Shown piece after piece: positions 41,346 through 57,420 of a stretch of DNA of 64,000 nucleotides; positions within the stretch are counted from its first letter, which is position 1, and each line of letters begins with the position of its first letter. The stretch lies in the NCBI RefSeq assembly GCF_009914755.1, contig NC_060935.1, one strand, 5' to 3'. Source of the DNA: the human T2T-CHM13v2.0 reference genome, Homo sapiens. The position numbers were made by a program, and so were the translations under genes. The notes under the pieces are model-generated. The model had not been told where the DNA came from. It saw nothing but the letters and a program-made list of their open reading frames with translations, and did no database searches.

Positions 41346-42322
41346 TAATCCCTGCTGGACTGAGTCTCAAAATGAGGAAAAAATGCAGGTTAGGTATTAA
41401 TTCAAGACTCTTCTCTGTCCACACCCCCCCACACACACACCTACAGCTATTTTATAAACCAAGAGTTTAATTTTAGGATATCTAGAAACGTTTAATAATA
41501 AAGTTCAGCCCAATTGTCCCAGATTACTGTAAGTGCTTGCCACCACCCACTCCAACACACAGCTATTTGCTCTTTGCCACTTGCCTTGTCTTAATACTCA
41601 AGACAAAGTTGAATATAGGTATATATAGAAAGGTGTTCAGTGAACTGAGAGGACTGGCACTAGTCAAAAATTCAAAATACTTTACTTTTCTTTGTTATGT
41701 TCCCTTTCATTTCTGAAAAAACCATCCTGTCCCTTTCTTCTGCTTTTTTTCTCAGAAATCTTTCCCTGTCTTCTTGTTATCTAAAGTGCACTCCATCATG
41801 GTCCACAGTGTCCCACACTCCAGATTTTCTCTAGCTACCCAAATCATCCTATACACTATATTGTAGGAATGCAAACTAATAACACTACACTATTATAATA
41901 AATTGATAATGCAGCTGTTTGTTTCTTACTAATAGACTTACCTGTACCCCTTCCCCCATTCCTTATGCTGTTTTCACCAGCTGCTATTTCTACAGCTTTA
42001 AATATTCTTAAAGGCGTATTTTGTTTCTTTCATTCATTTGGTTTCTATTGTTATAAAGAGACATTATTTGACACAATAAACTCAGGGACTCTATTCATTT
42101 TTACATTCTTCCTGGAATGCTTATAATCTCAATTGTTTGAGCATTTGGATATTGGATTCACCTGGCCAATGTGCAAAGCAGAGGTAGTAAGGAAATGGGC
42201 AACTGGGATAATTTCTGAGGGGCCCTAACAACATACACACTTTAAAATACATGTCATATCACTTGTTGCAGATTTATTTCAACATTAAACTCCTCCATAT
42301 AATGTCAGCCTTTATAGTCTAG

Positions 42323-42887
42323 AGCACACGCAATCCATTCACAATCCACAAAAATTTGAACAAGGGCTGAGACTGAGACAGAGGAGATTTTTTCATCCAT
42401 CTTTTCCTAGTTACCTAGGATTTAGAAGGTATATTAGGGTTTTCCAGAAAACAAATTATATAATTCACACACACACATACACACATCTATACCCATACTT
42501 TGTGTTGAGTATTAAGACAAGGAGAGAGGCAAAGAACAAATAGCTGTGTGTTGGAGGAGGTAGTGGCAAGCACTTACAGTAATCTGAAATAAGGGGCTGA
42601 ACTTTAAAAGTTTCCATATATCCTAAAATTAAACTCTTGATCCATAAAATAGCTGAAAGTGTGTGTGGGATGGGGGCAGAGAAGGATTTTGAATTAATGC
42701 CTAACCTTCCTCAGTGTGTGTGTGTTTGTATGTGTGTGTGAATTATATATTCTCTTTTCTGGAAAACCCCAACATAATTTCCAAGTTTAAGGTAACTAGG
42801 GAAAGACGGGTGACAAAAAATCTCCTCCATCTCAGTCTCAGCATTTGTTCAAATTTTTGTGGATTGTGAGTAGATTGCCATGTGCTA
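42323..42887. repeat. Degenerate ~165-bp inverted repeat (42323-42486 vs 42714-42887); spacer 42487-42713 is an inverted copy of 41373-41618
   Basis: e.g. cacaatccacaaaaatttgaacaa / ttgttcaaatttttgtggattgtg, and cagattactgtaagtgcttgccac / gtggcaagcacttacagtaatctg. Confidence 0.9.
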
Positions 42888-43544
42888 TATGGCAATCCAA
42901 TCACAATCTCTGTGTGTGTGCTTGTGTTTCTGTCTATCTCTCTCTCTCACACACACACACACACATACACACACACACACACACACAGATTATAGGAACT
43001 GGCTCACAGTATTATGGAAACTGAGAAGTTTCATAATATGCTATTTGCAAGTTGGAGGAAAAGCCAGTGGTGTAACTCCGCCCAAGTCCGAAGGCCTGAG
43101 AACCAGAGAAGCCAATGGTGTAATTCTCTGTCTGACTCCAAAGGCCTGAGAACCAGGAGTTCCAATGCCCAAGGGCAGGAGAAGAGAAATGTTCCAGCTC
43201 AAGTAGAGAGAATTCACTCTGCCTCTGCCTCTTTGATCATTTCTGTCCTAAATGGATTGAATGATACCCACCTACATCAGTGAGGATGACTCTTCTTTAT
43301 TCAGTCTACTGATTCCAAAGCTGATCTCTTCTGGAAACATGCTTATGGACACACCCAGAAATAATCTTTACCAGCTCTCTGGGCATACCTTAGCCCAGTC
43401 AAGTTGATGCATAAAGTTAACCATCACAGAAGGCTTGGTACCAGTTGATGACCCTGAGAAAATCAAGGATTTTCTGGAGTTTTTGAGATGTCCTGGTGAA
43501 TATATCATAAATGGGGTATAGTGGTCCAAGTTGTCTATCATCTC
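42415..43544 (-). pseudogene. GLYAT-like exon split by an MLT2 LTR (exon parts 43544-43429 and 42424-42415)
   Basis: Acceptor atacag|; EMIDNLDHYT (1-nt frameshift) IYDIFTRTSQKLQKILDFLRVINWYQAF, then *ILG|gtaact beyond the LTR; compare recalled GLYATL2 EMKDDQDHYTNTYHIFTK...VISWEQTLQIQG. Confidence 0.85.
42430..43428 (-). mobile_element. MLT2 (MLT2D-like, ERVL) solo LTR containing a templated insertion
   Basis: tatattagggttttccagaaa...aaagttaaccatcaca; 5-bp TSD gaagg (42425-42429 / 43429-43433). Confidence 0.88.
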
Positions 43545-44170
43545 CTGTATGGAATGGGCAAAGAGTAAGGAGATGTAATTGTTGCTTCTCTCTCACTCCT
43601 ACATCTATACATCCAAGTCTGTTCTTGTCTTTTTCAGCCACACAGCTAAGATTTCAAGCAAAATCAACATAAAGAGATTATAGAGAATGAACTTTGTCTA
43701 AGAAGACAACACTTCTACTCCCAAGTCTCAGATCCTAAAACACTACCTGTTGCATTGTAGGTGTGCAACATATATTTGTTAAATAAATTTAAAATATTTA
43801 CACTAATAATAACTGCCATTTACTAGGTGCATGTTAAGTACTTGGCAATGTACTGAGCAACTTATAGACCAAATTACATCCCAAGGAGTAAAATTCTCAT
43901 TTCACATTTGAAAAACTTGAGAAACAGAAATGACAAAAGACTATCCAAAGCCCACACAGCTTGCAAGTGTACTTGAGCCCCCACTCACTCTGACTTAAAT
44001 AACTTGTCTCAATACTCCTGTGTCCACCTAGGCTACAGGAGACATCTCCTTCTTCATCTCTGAAATGAAATTTTTTTCCACTTTTTTCACAATAATCATA
44101 CCTTCAGAGCTCTCTCTCTCTCTCTCCTTGCTTTGTTTCTTCAACTCCCAAATATTCCTGTCTCAGGCAA

Positions 44171-44575
44171 TATATTATTCCAATCTTACACCTCTACACA
44201 GAAATACCTGAGACTGGGTAATTTATAAGGAAAAGTGATTTAATTGGCTCACTATTCCACAGGCTGTACAGAAAGCATGATTCCGGCATTGACTTGGCTT
44301 CTGTTGAGGCCTCATGAAACTTAGAATCATGGTGAAAGTCAAAGGGAAAGCAAACCACTCACATGGCCAGAGCAGGAAGAAGGCAGAAAGGGGGAATGTG
44401 GCACACACTTTTAAACAACTGGATCTCATGAGGTCTCACTCACTATCATAAGAACAGCACCAATGGGGAAATCCACTCCCATGATCTGATCACCTCCCAC
44501 CAGGCTCCACCTCCAACATTGGAGATTACATTTTGACATGAGATTTAGGCAGGGACACAGATCCAAACCATATCA
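44171..44575 (-). mobile_element. MSTA/B solo LTR
   Basis: aaatacctgagactgggtaatttataagg...atccaaaccatatca; perfect TSD ggcaa. Confidence 0.9.
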
Positions 44576-45334
44576 GGCAACAACAGCAAAAGTCTTTCCT
44601 TAATTTTTTGCCCTTTTTATATCCTTTCAAAGCCAAAAAGACAAAGGTCTTGAGTGTTCTAACACACTCTCTCCCCAGTGCCCCACAATTTGGTTTCTGT
44701 ACTTTTAATTTTGCTGAAATTTAGTTTTGGGGTATTAATCACCAAAACTTTTTCTTAAGTTCATTTTGATATTTTGCCAAATGATCTGTGAAACACTTGG
44801 CCAAATTTCCCTTAGTAGCCCATTAATTTATTCTATATTTAATAATTTTTCCCCTTCTCTTTGAAAAAAAGGAAATAAATTATCACTATCATATTCCATT
44901 CTCAAGTAAGTCAGATGGTATTATCTGTGAACCTTCTGTGAAGTAAATACACAGAGACACATAGCAGGTCTCCTAAAGTGTTTGTAGAAATTGATGGGTG
45001 AGTTTTAATTGCACCAATGCAAGATTGACTCTCAGTCATTCACAAGTAAGACCAAAGAAGAAATGGCAGATACCTTCAGCAGCCATTGGAAACATCTCAA
45101 ATATCTCCCAGGCAGCAAACAGAGGTTGACAGCTTTAGGGTTCTAGGTTTGCAAGAAAATTGTTTTACAGTCCATATGAAGGGTCTAAGATACATCCATC
45201 CATCCTCAACCCTCCCTCTTCACCTACCTCACATCCAGGGACTCAGGAGTCTTGTCAAGGACTGGTGTGATTTTAGTAGAACCCTAGAGTCATGCAAAAG
45301 GTGCATTTTTTATGACAATTCGGTAGTTTTGTAC

Positions 45335-46050
45335 CTTATTTTTAAAGAAATTGTATTGAGTTTATAATTATGTGTATCTATGGTATAAAATGCAATGTTA
45401 TAATATAATATAGCATTATATATGTTATAATGGTCTTTTTGGCATTGAAAGGATATAAAATGTGGATGGATTTAATCAAGCTAGTTAACATATCAATCAC
45501 CATACATACTTATTTTTGTGGTAAAAACATTTGAAATTTACTCCCTTAGCAATTCTGAAATATACAATAAATTATTAACAATAGTTGCTAGGATGTAAAA
45601 TGGATGTCAATGACTTGTTTTTTTCTGCTGCACTGAAACTTTATCTTCTCTTACCAATATCTCCCCACTCTGCTGTCCCTACCTGCAGCCTCTGGTAGCC
45701 ACCATTCTACCCCCTACATCTAATAACTTTAACATTTCACCTGCAAGTGAGGACCTGAAGCATTTGTCTTTCTGAGCCTGGCTTATTGTACTTAACTTCA
45801 TGTCCTCCAGGTTAATCCACGTTGTCTCAAATGACAGCATTTCCTTCTTTTTAAGGCTATATGGTATTCCACGGTGTACTATATGTGTACAAAACATACC
45901 ACATTTTCTTTATACATCATCCATTGATGGGTACTTAGTTTGATTCCACATCTTTGCTATTTTGAATAATGCTGTAATGATCATGGGAGTACAGATAACT
46001 CTTTAACATACTAATTACATTTCCTTTGGGTATATAACCAGTAATGGTAT
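45335..46050 (-). mobile_element. L1MA 3' end fragment
   Basis: Reverse L1M 3' UTR/ORF2 end (ETTWINLEDMKLSTISQAQKDK in ORF 45679-45897). Confidence 0.8.
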
Positions 46051-46728
46051 TCTATATTAAATTATTACATCTGTTTATATCACCAGTCTCCCTTATGAGA
46101 TCATCAGCTGTTGGACTGTTCTGTTCATCTTTGCATCCCCAAGATCAATCATAGTATCTGGCATTAGCCAGAATTTGGGACTTATTTATTGAATGAGAAG
46201 AAATATGGATGAGTAAATTACTTAACTGAGGAGACCCTATGCTTCTGTAACCTGAGATGGTCAAGATTCCAGCACCCATCATGGTAATAAAGAAAAATAT
46301 CTTTGGCCCCTCAAATCATTAAGCAAAAGGGAAAAGTCAAGCTGGGAACTGCTTAGAGCAAACCTGCCTCCCATTCTATTCAAAGCCACCCCTCTGGTCA
46401 CTGAGATAAATGCATATCTGATTGCCTCCTTTGGAGAGACTCATCAGAAACTCAAAAGAATGCAACCATTTGTCTCATATACCTGTGACTTGGAAGTTCT
46501 CTCCCAACTTTGAGTTGTCCCACCTTTCCAGACATAATCAATGTTTATTTTACATATGTTGATTAATGTCTCATGTCTCCCTAAAATGTATAAAATTAAG
46601 CTATGCTCTGACCACTTTGGGCACATGTTGTCAGGTCCTTCTGAAGCTGTGTTACACATGTGCATCCTTGGCAAAATAAAATTTCTAAATTAACTGAGAC
46701 CTGTCTCAAATTTTCAGGGTTCACATTT

Positions 46729-46746
46729 TGGTAACTATGAAGGGAT
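46729..46746 (+). promoter_or_regulatory. Primer-binding site, tRNA-Arg-like
   Basis: tggtaactatgaagggat vs TGGTAACCACGAAGGGAT (recalled complement of a tRNA-Arg(TCG) 3' end). Confidence 0.7.
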
Positions 46747-49700
46747 TCTGAGTGGAGGTGTCACTGAACTTTGAGAAATCTCCTCTCAGTGCCAGATACC
46801 AGCATGAGCTAACTTTATGACTCAAACCAACAGAACAATTTGCTGAGGTCTGAGAGAACCCCCTTCAGAGAATCCTTAATCTCCTCAAATTTTGTTTAGA
46901 TCTAAAGTTTATTTTGCCGTACAACTCCCTCTTTTATTGGAGTTTTACTTGATTCCAACAAGAAAGACAAGTTTTTCTACTTCCATGATGATGGAAGGTG
47001 GGTAACTCTTTTGTGGAGTTTGAGCTCACTTCTGACAAGGAAGATGAGGTTTTTTTTTTCTGCTTCTAGGATGGTAGACAGCTGTCTTCAGCCTGAGACT
47101 CATCCTTAGGTAAGTAGCTAAATTGAGGTTTTGTCTTGGCTAAAGTTAACAACAAGCTGGTCTTAATTTCTCCTTATCATTAGAGCGCTCAGTAGTCATA
47201 TAAGTTGTGCAATCATTTGTTTGGCTTAACTTTTTGTTGTCGTTGTTGTTGTTTGTTTCTGCTCTTGTCGTTGTTCCAGTCTTTTTCCCATTAAGTTTGA
47301 TTGACTCTATCTGACTTGATCAAATCTGAAGGAAATTCCAACTTATGGGGAATAAGTCCTCTGAAGTGGCTAAATTCCCCTAAAAAAAGAGGTGTGTGTG
47401 TGTGCATATGTGTATGTTTGTATTTAAAAGGCCTTCAAGTTTTTATTTTTGTTTTTCTTCTAGGAACTTGTCTTTTTTTCAGTACAAGTTTTTTTCTTCT
47501 CAGTTGACTGAATTCTGTTTTCTTCACTTACTTTGGCTGTCTCTCTTTTCTCTGGCACCCTCTGCTGCATGGGGGACCTCAAATAGTTTATAATATCCTG
47601 GGGTTTCTTAAAGAAAATGAAGAAGGTACCAGACTCCCTTTAGGGGAGAAACCTGTTTTTTTGTATGTAACCCCAAGAAAGTAAACAGAAAAGTTTGTCT
47701 CAGATGTTGAACTGCCTACTTTTGTATTGTGTTACCTTTATTTTGGACAAAAATAGTTATCGCAACAGAGGTTACTATTGGGTTTTTAAGGAAGAGTGTG
47801 ATCTAGAAATTTAGAAATGTCTTTGTAAAAAAGAAATTTAAGTGCATCATAAAAGCATCACATGGTATAATCTCATAATAATTTTCCTTTTTTGGAGACC
47901 CAGGATTCAATATGGGCTCTGCCCAGAGCTCAGAGGTGCATTTAATAGATAGGTAGTCCCTACCTAAATAAAACTGGTCTCCTTATACAATCCTATGATA
48001 GATTTATATAATTTTATGTTTGATTTGGCATCCATCTTTAATCTCCCTTAAACACTACCAAACGTTTCCTCTGTGTACCCTATGATGTAAATTTTGCTAT
48101 TTCATTTTCACCTGAGTTGTTTCCTTTAATATGCAATTTTAAGGCTATTTAGCTGAAAACTGCCTAGGGTTGTGAAACAGGTTAAGAATCTGAAAGTCTA
48201 AGATAGGAAAAAAAGGTTTTTCATAAATCTATAAGATGTACTTCTATTGGCATGCCTAATACTTCTATATATTAATGTGTTGTGTACACAATGTTTCACT
48301 ACTGAAAATATATTAAAGAGCTCTAATTAATTGGCTTAAGGAAATAACCAAATTACTTTATCAGCAAAAAGAAAAGACTAGTCAAATGCTTATTCAAGTT
48401 TACATAACTTAAGTAAAAGCTTTAATAGACAAGTTAGCTTTAAAATTATTGGTAAAGTAATATTAGGAATGTCTTAAGAATTGCCAGCATACATTTTCGT
48501 TTGCAATTTATAATCAAGAAATTTCATACTTATCCCTTCCAAATACTGCAATATATCAAAATTTGGCATAAGGGTTACAAAACTATAAATCCAGCTCAAG
48601 ACAGAATGATCATTGCTTGTGGGACCCTTAATAAATAAGACATTCATATTTATTTAATAAAAATAACTGCATCTTGAATTTAGTAAGGTTACCATAACTT
48701 CTAATCTTTCGGCTTTAGTCAGTGAAGTCCATAGGCAGTAAAGTTTGTTTTGGGAAAGGACTGTTATTGTCTTTGTCTCAAAGCTAAACTATAAACTAAG
48801 TTCCTCCCAAAGTTAGTTCAGCCTATGCCCAGGAATGAACAAAGATAGCTTGGAGGTTAGAAGGAACATGGAGTTAGTTAGGTCAATTCTTTTTTTCCTG
48901 TCTCAGTTATAATTTTGTAATGGTGGTCCTACACCTTAATACTGACAATCACAATTTTTATAGATAATCTAGGTAAATGATTAAAAAATAAAATAATTAG
49001 GTAAATGTAATAGGATAAATACTTGTAGACAAACTCATCATAATTTAGAATCTAAAGTTATTCTAAATTAATAGTACATATTTCATTATTTGGGTATTTT
49101 CCAATAAAAATATATTTGTAGGAAAACATTTTTTCTTAAAAACATGTGCACCTTTTAAAAAAAAAGGTGAACAATTTTCATCTAATTCAAAGCTTATTTA
49201 AAGGTCATGGATAAAACCAGGTAAAAGGAACCAGGAAATAAAAGAGATGTAAAGAGGTTATAAAAATAGTTTTTTTAATAAGAAAGCTTAAAGGGAGATA
49301 ATTTCACATGAGAAAGAATCTTGTATGATAAATTTAGTCTGAGAATAAAATGACTGGTTGTTTAAAAAGCAGGATGTTCAGGACAAAGCAGAAAGTCCAA
49401 GCATGTCATAAATGGTTTGTGCAAGTCACAGTAAGGCGATTTATTTTTTTTTTTAAAGAAAAAAAGTTTCTTTTTTTTTTAAATTATACTTTAAGCTCTG
49501 GGATACATGTGCAGAAAGTGCAGGTTTCTTACATAGGTATACATGTGCCATGGTGGTTTGCTGCACCCATCAACCCATCTTCTACATTAGGTATTTTTCC
49601 TAATGCTTTCCATCCCCTTGCCCCCACCCCCCAACAGGCACTGGGGTGTGATGTTCCCCTCCCTGTGTCCATGTGTTCTCATTGTTCAGTTCCCACTTAT

Positions 49701-50984
49701 GAGGGACAATATGTGCTGTTTAGTTTTCTGTTCCTGTGTTAGTTTGCTGAGAATGATGGTTTCCAGCTTCATCCATATCCCTGCAAAAACATGAACTCAT
49801 TCTTTTTTATGGCTGCATATTATTCCATGGTGTATATGTGCCACATTTTCTTCATGCAGTGTATCATTGATGGGCATTTAGGTTGGTTCCAAGTCTTTGC
49901 TATTGTGAATAGTGCTGCGATAAATATACATGTGCATGTGTCTTTATAGTAGAATGATTTATAATCCTTTAGGTATATAGCCAGTAATGGCATTGCTGGG
50001 TCCAATGGTGTTTCTGGTTCTAGATCCTTGAGGAATCGCCAAACTGTCTTTCACAATGGTTGAACTAATTTACACTCCCGCCAACAGTGTAAAAACATTT
50101 CTATTTCTCCACATCCTCTCCAGGATCTATTGTTTCCTGACTTTTTAATGATTGTCATTCCAAGTGGTAGGAGATGGTATCTCATTATGGTTTTGATTTG
50201 CATTTCTCTAATGACTAGTTATGATGAGCTTTTTTTCATCCATTTGTTGGCCACATAAATGTCTTCTTTTGAGAAATGTCTGTTCATATTCTTCTCCCAC
50301 TTTTTGTTAGGTTTTTTTTTCCTGCAAATTTGTTTAAGTTCCTTGTAGATTCTGTATATTAGCCCTTTGTCAGACAGATAGATTGCAAAAATTGTCTCAC
50401 ATTCTGTAAGTTGCCTGTTCATGCTGATAGTTTCTTTGGCTGTGCAGAAGCTCTTTAGTTTAATTAAATCCAATTTGTAAATTTTGGCTTTTGTTGCAAT
50501 TGCTTTTGGTGTTTTAGTCTTGAAGTATTTGTCCATGCCTATGTCCTGAATGGTATTGCCTAGGTTTTCTTCTAGGATTTTTATAGTTTAAGGTCATACA
50601 TTTAAGTCTTTAATCCATCTTGAGCTAATTTTTGTATAAAGCGTAAGTAAGGTGCTTGGTTTCAGTTTTCTGCATATGGCTAGCCAGTTCTCCCAACACC
50701 ATTTATTAAAAATAGGGAATCCTTGCCCTATTGCTTGTTTTTGTCAAGTTTGTCAAAGATCAGATGCTTGTAGGTGTGTGGTGTTATTTCTGAGGCCTCT
50801 ATTCTGTCCCATTGGTCAATATATCTGTTTTGGTACCAGTACCATGCTGTTTTGGTTACTGTAGCTTTGTAGTATAGTTTGAGGTCAGGTAACATGATGA
50901 CTCCAGCTTTATTCTTTCTGCTTAGGATTGTCTTGGCTATACAGGTTCCTGTTTGGTTCCATATGAAACTTAAAGTAGTTTTTT

Positions 50985-51380
<396 letters not shown>

Positions 51381-52513
51381 TCACTGTATTGATTCTTTCT
51401 ATCCATGAACATGGAATGTTTTTCCATTTGTTTGTGTCCTTTCTTATTTCCTTTAGCAGTGGTTTGTAGTTCTCCTTGGAAAGGTCCCTCACATAGTCAT
51501 GGGGGGCGGTTCCAAGATGGCCGAATAGGAACAGCTCCAATCTACAGCTCCCAGCGAGAGCAATGCAGAAGACAGGTGATTTCTGCATTTTCCAACTGAG
51601 GTACTGGGTTCATCTCACTGGGGCTTGTTGGACAGTGGGAGCAGTGCACCGAGCATGAGCCGAAGAAGGATGAGGCATCACCTCACCCAGGATGTGCAAA
51701 GGGTCAGGGAATTCCTTTTCCTAGCCAAGCAAAGCTATGACAGATGGCACCTGGAAAATTGGGTCACTCCCACCCTAATACTGAGCTTTTCCAATAGTCT
51801 TAGCAAATGGCACACCAGGAGATTATATCCTGCGCGTGGCTCAGAGGGTCCCATGCCCATGGAGCCTCACTCATTGCTAGCACAGCAGTCTGAGATCAAA
51901 CTGCAAGGTGGCACTGAGGCTGGGGGAGGGGTGCCTGCCATTGCTGAGGCTTGAGTAGGTAATTAAAGTGGCTGGGAAGCTCGAACTGAGTGGAGCCCAC
52001 CGCAGCTCAAGGAGGCCTGCCTGCCTCTGTAGACTCCATCTATGGGGGCAGGGCATAGCCAAACAAAAGGCAGCAGAAACCTCTGCAGACTTAAATGTCT
52101 CTGTCTGACAGCTTTGAGGAGAGTAGTGGTTCTCCCAGCATGGAGTTTGAGATCTGAGAATGGACAGAGTGCCTCCTCAAATTGATCTCTGACCACTGAG
52201 TAGCCTAACTGGGAGGCACCCCCAGTAGGGGCATACTGATACCTCACATGGCCGGGTACCCCTCTGAGACAAAACTTCCAGAGGAACAATCAGGCAGCAA
52301 CATGCTGTTCAGCAATATTTGCCATTCTGCAGCCTCTGCTGCTGATACCCAGGAAAACGAGGTCTGGAATACACCTCCAGCAAACTCCAACAGATCTGCA
52401 ACTGAGGGTGCCGACTGTTAGAATGAAAACTAACAAACAGAAAGGACATCCACACCAAAACCCCATCTGTACATCACCATCATCAAAGACCAAAGGTAGA
52501 TAAAACCACAAAG

Positions 52514-53530
52514 ATGGAGAAAAAACAGAGCAGAACAAATGAAAATTCTAAAAATCAGAGTGCCTCTCCTCCTCCAAAGGAACGCAGCTCCTCATCAGCA
52601 ATGGAACAAAGCTGGACAGAGAATGACTTTGATGAGTTGAGAGAAGAAGGTTTCAGACAACCAACCTTCTCCAAGCTAAAGGAGGAAGTTCAAACCCATC
52701 ACAAAGAAGTTAAAAACCTTGAAAAAAGAATAGATGAATGGCTAACTAGAATAAACAATATAGAGAAGTCCTTAAATGACCTGACAGAGCTGAAAACCAT
52801 GGCACAAGAACTACGTGATGAAAGCACAAGCTTCAATAGCTGATTCAATCAACTGGAAGAAAGGATATCAGTGATGGAAGATCAAATGAATGAAATGAAG
52901 TGAGAAGAGAAGTTTAGAGAAAAAAGAATTTAAAAAACTGAACAAAGCATCCAAGAAAGATGGGACTATCTGAAAAGATCAAATCTACGTCTGATTGGAG
53001 TATGTGAAAGTGATGGGGAGAATGGAATCAAGTTGGAAAACACTCTGCAGGATATTATCCAGGAGAACTTTCCCAATCTAGCAAGACAGGCCAATATTCA
53101 AATTCAGGAAATACAGAGAAGCCACAAAGACACACCTTGAGAAGAGCAATGCCAAGACACATAATTGTCAGATTCACCAAAGTTGAAATGGAGGAAAAAA
53201 TGTTAAGGGCAGCCAGAGAGAAAGGTCGGGTTACCCACAAAGGGAAGCCCATCAGACTAATAGCTGATATCTCGGCAGAAATTCTCCAAGCCAGAAGAGA
53301 GTGGGGGCCAATATTCAACATTCTTAAAGAAAAGAATTTTCAACCCAGAATTTCATATCCAGCCAAACTAAGCTTCATAAGTGAAGGAGAAATAAAATAC
53401 TTTACAGACAAGCAAATGCTGAGAGATTTTGTCACCACCAGGCCTGCCTTACAAGAGCTCCTGAAGGAAGCACTAAACACGGCAAGGAAAAACCAGTACC
53501 AGCCACTGCAAAAACATGCCAAATTGCAAA
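52514..53530 (+). pseudogene. L1 ORF1p remnant
   Basis: MEKKQSR...EQSWTENDFDELREEGFR...REWGPIFNILKEKNFQPRISYPAKLSF; stop at 52841 and further lesions. Confidence 0.9.
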
Positions 53531-53592
53531 GACCATCAATGCTAGGAAGAAACTGCATCAACTAATGAGCAAAATAACCAGCTAACATCATA

Positions 53593-57420
<3,828 letters not shown>

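Larger units (their letters stand above)
40195..43544 (-). pseudogene. Unprocessed glycine-N-acyltransferase-like (GLYAT/GLYATL family) pseudogene, last three coding exons
   Basis: Three collinear minus-strand segments with splice signals translate to GLYATL2/GLYAT-like peptides (see individual exons); many stops and frameshifts. Confidence 0.88.

Noticed and set aside
45074-45160. Possible upstream exon of the GLYAT-like pseudogene (minus-strand donor gctgaag|gtatct)
   Set aside because: No convincing peptide match, and the first two coding exons could not be found between 43545 and 46280
51600-51825. L1 antisense ORF0 region
   Set aside because: No ATG seen at the expected position on the minus strand
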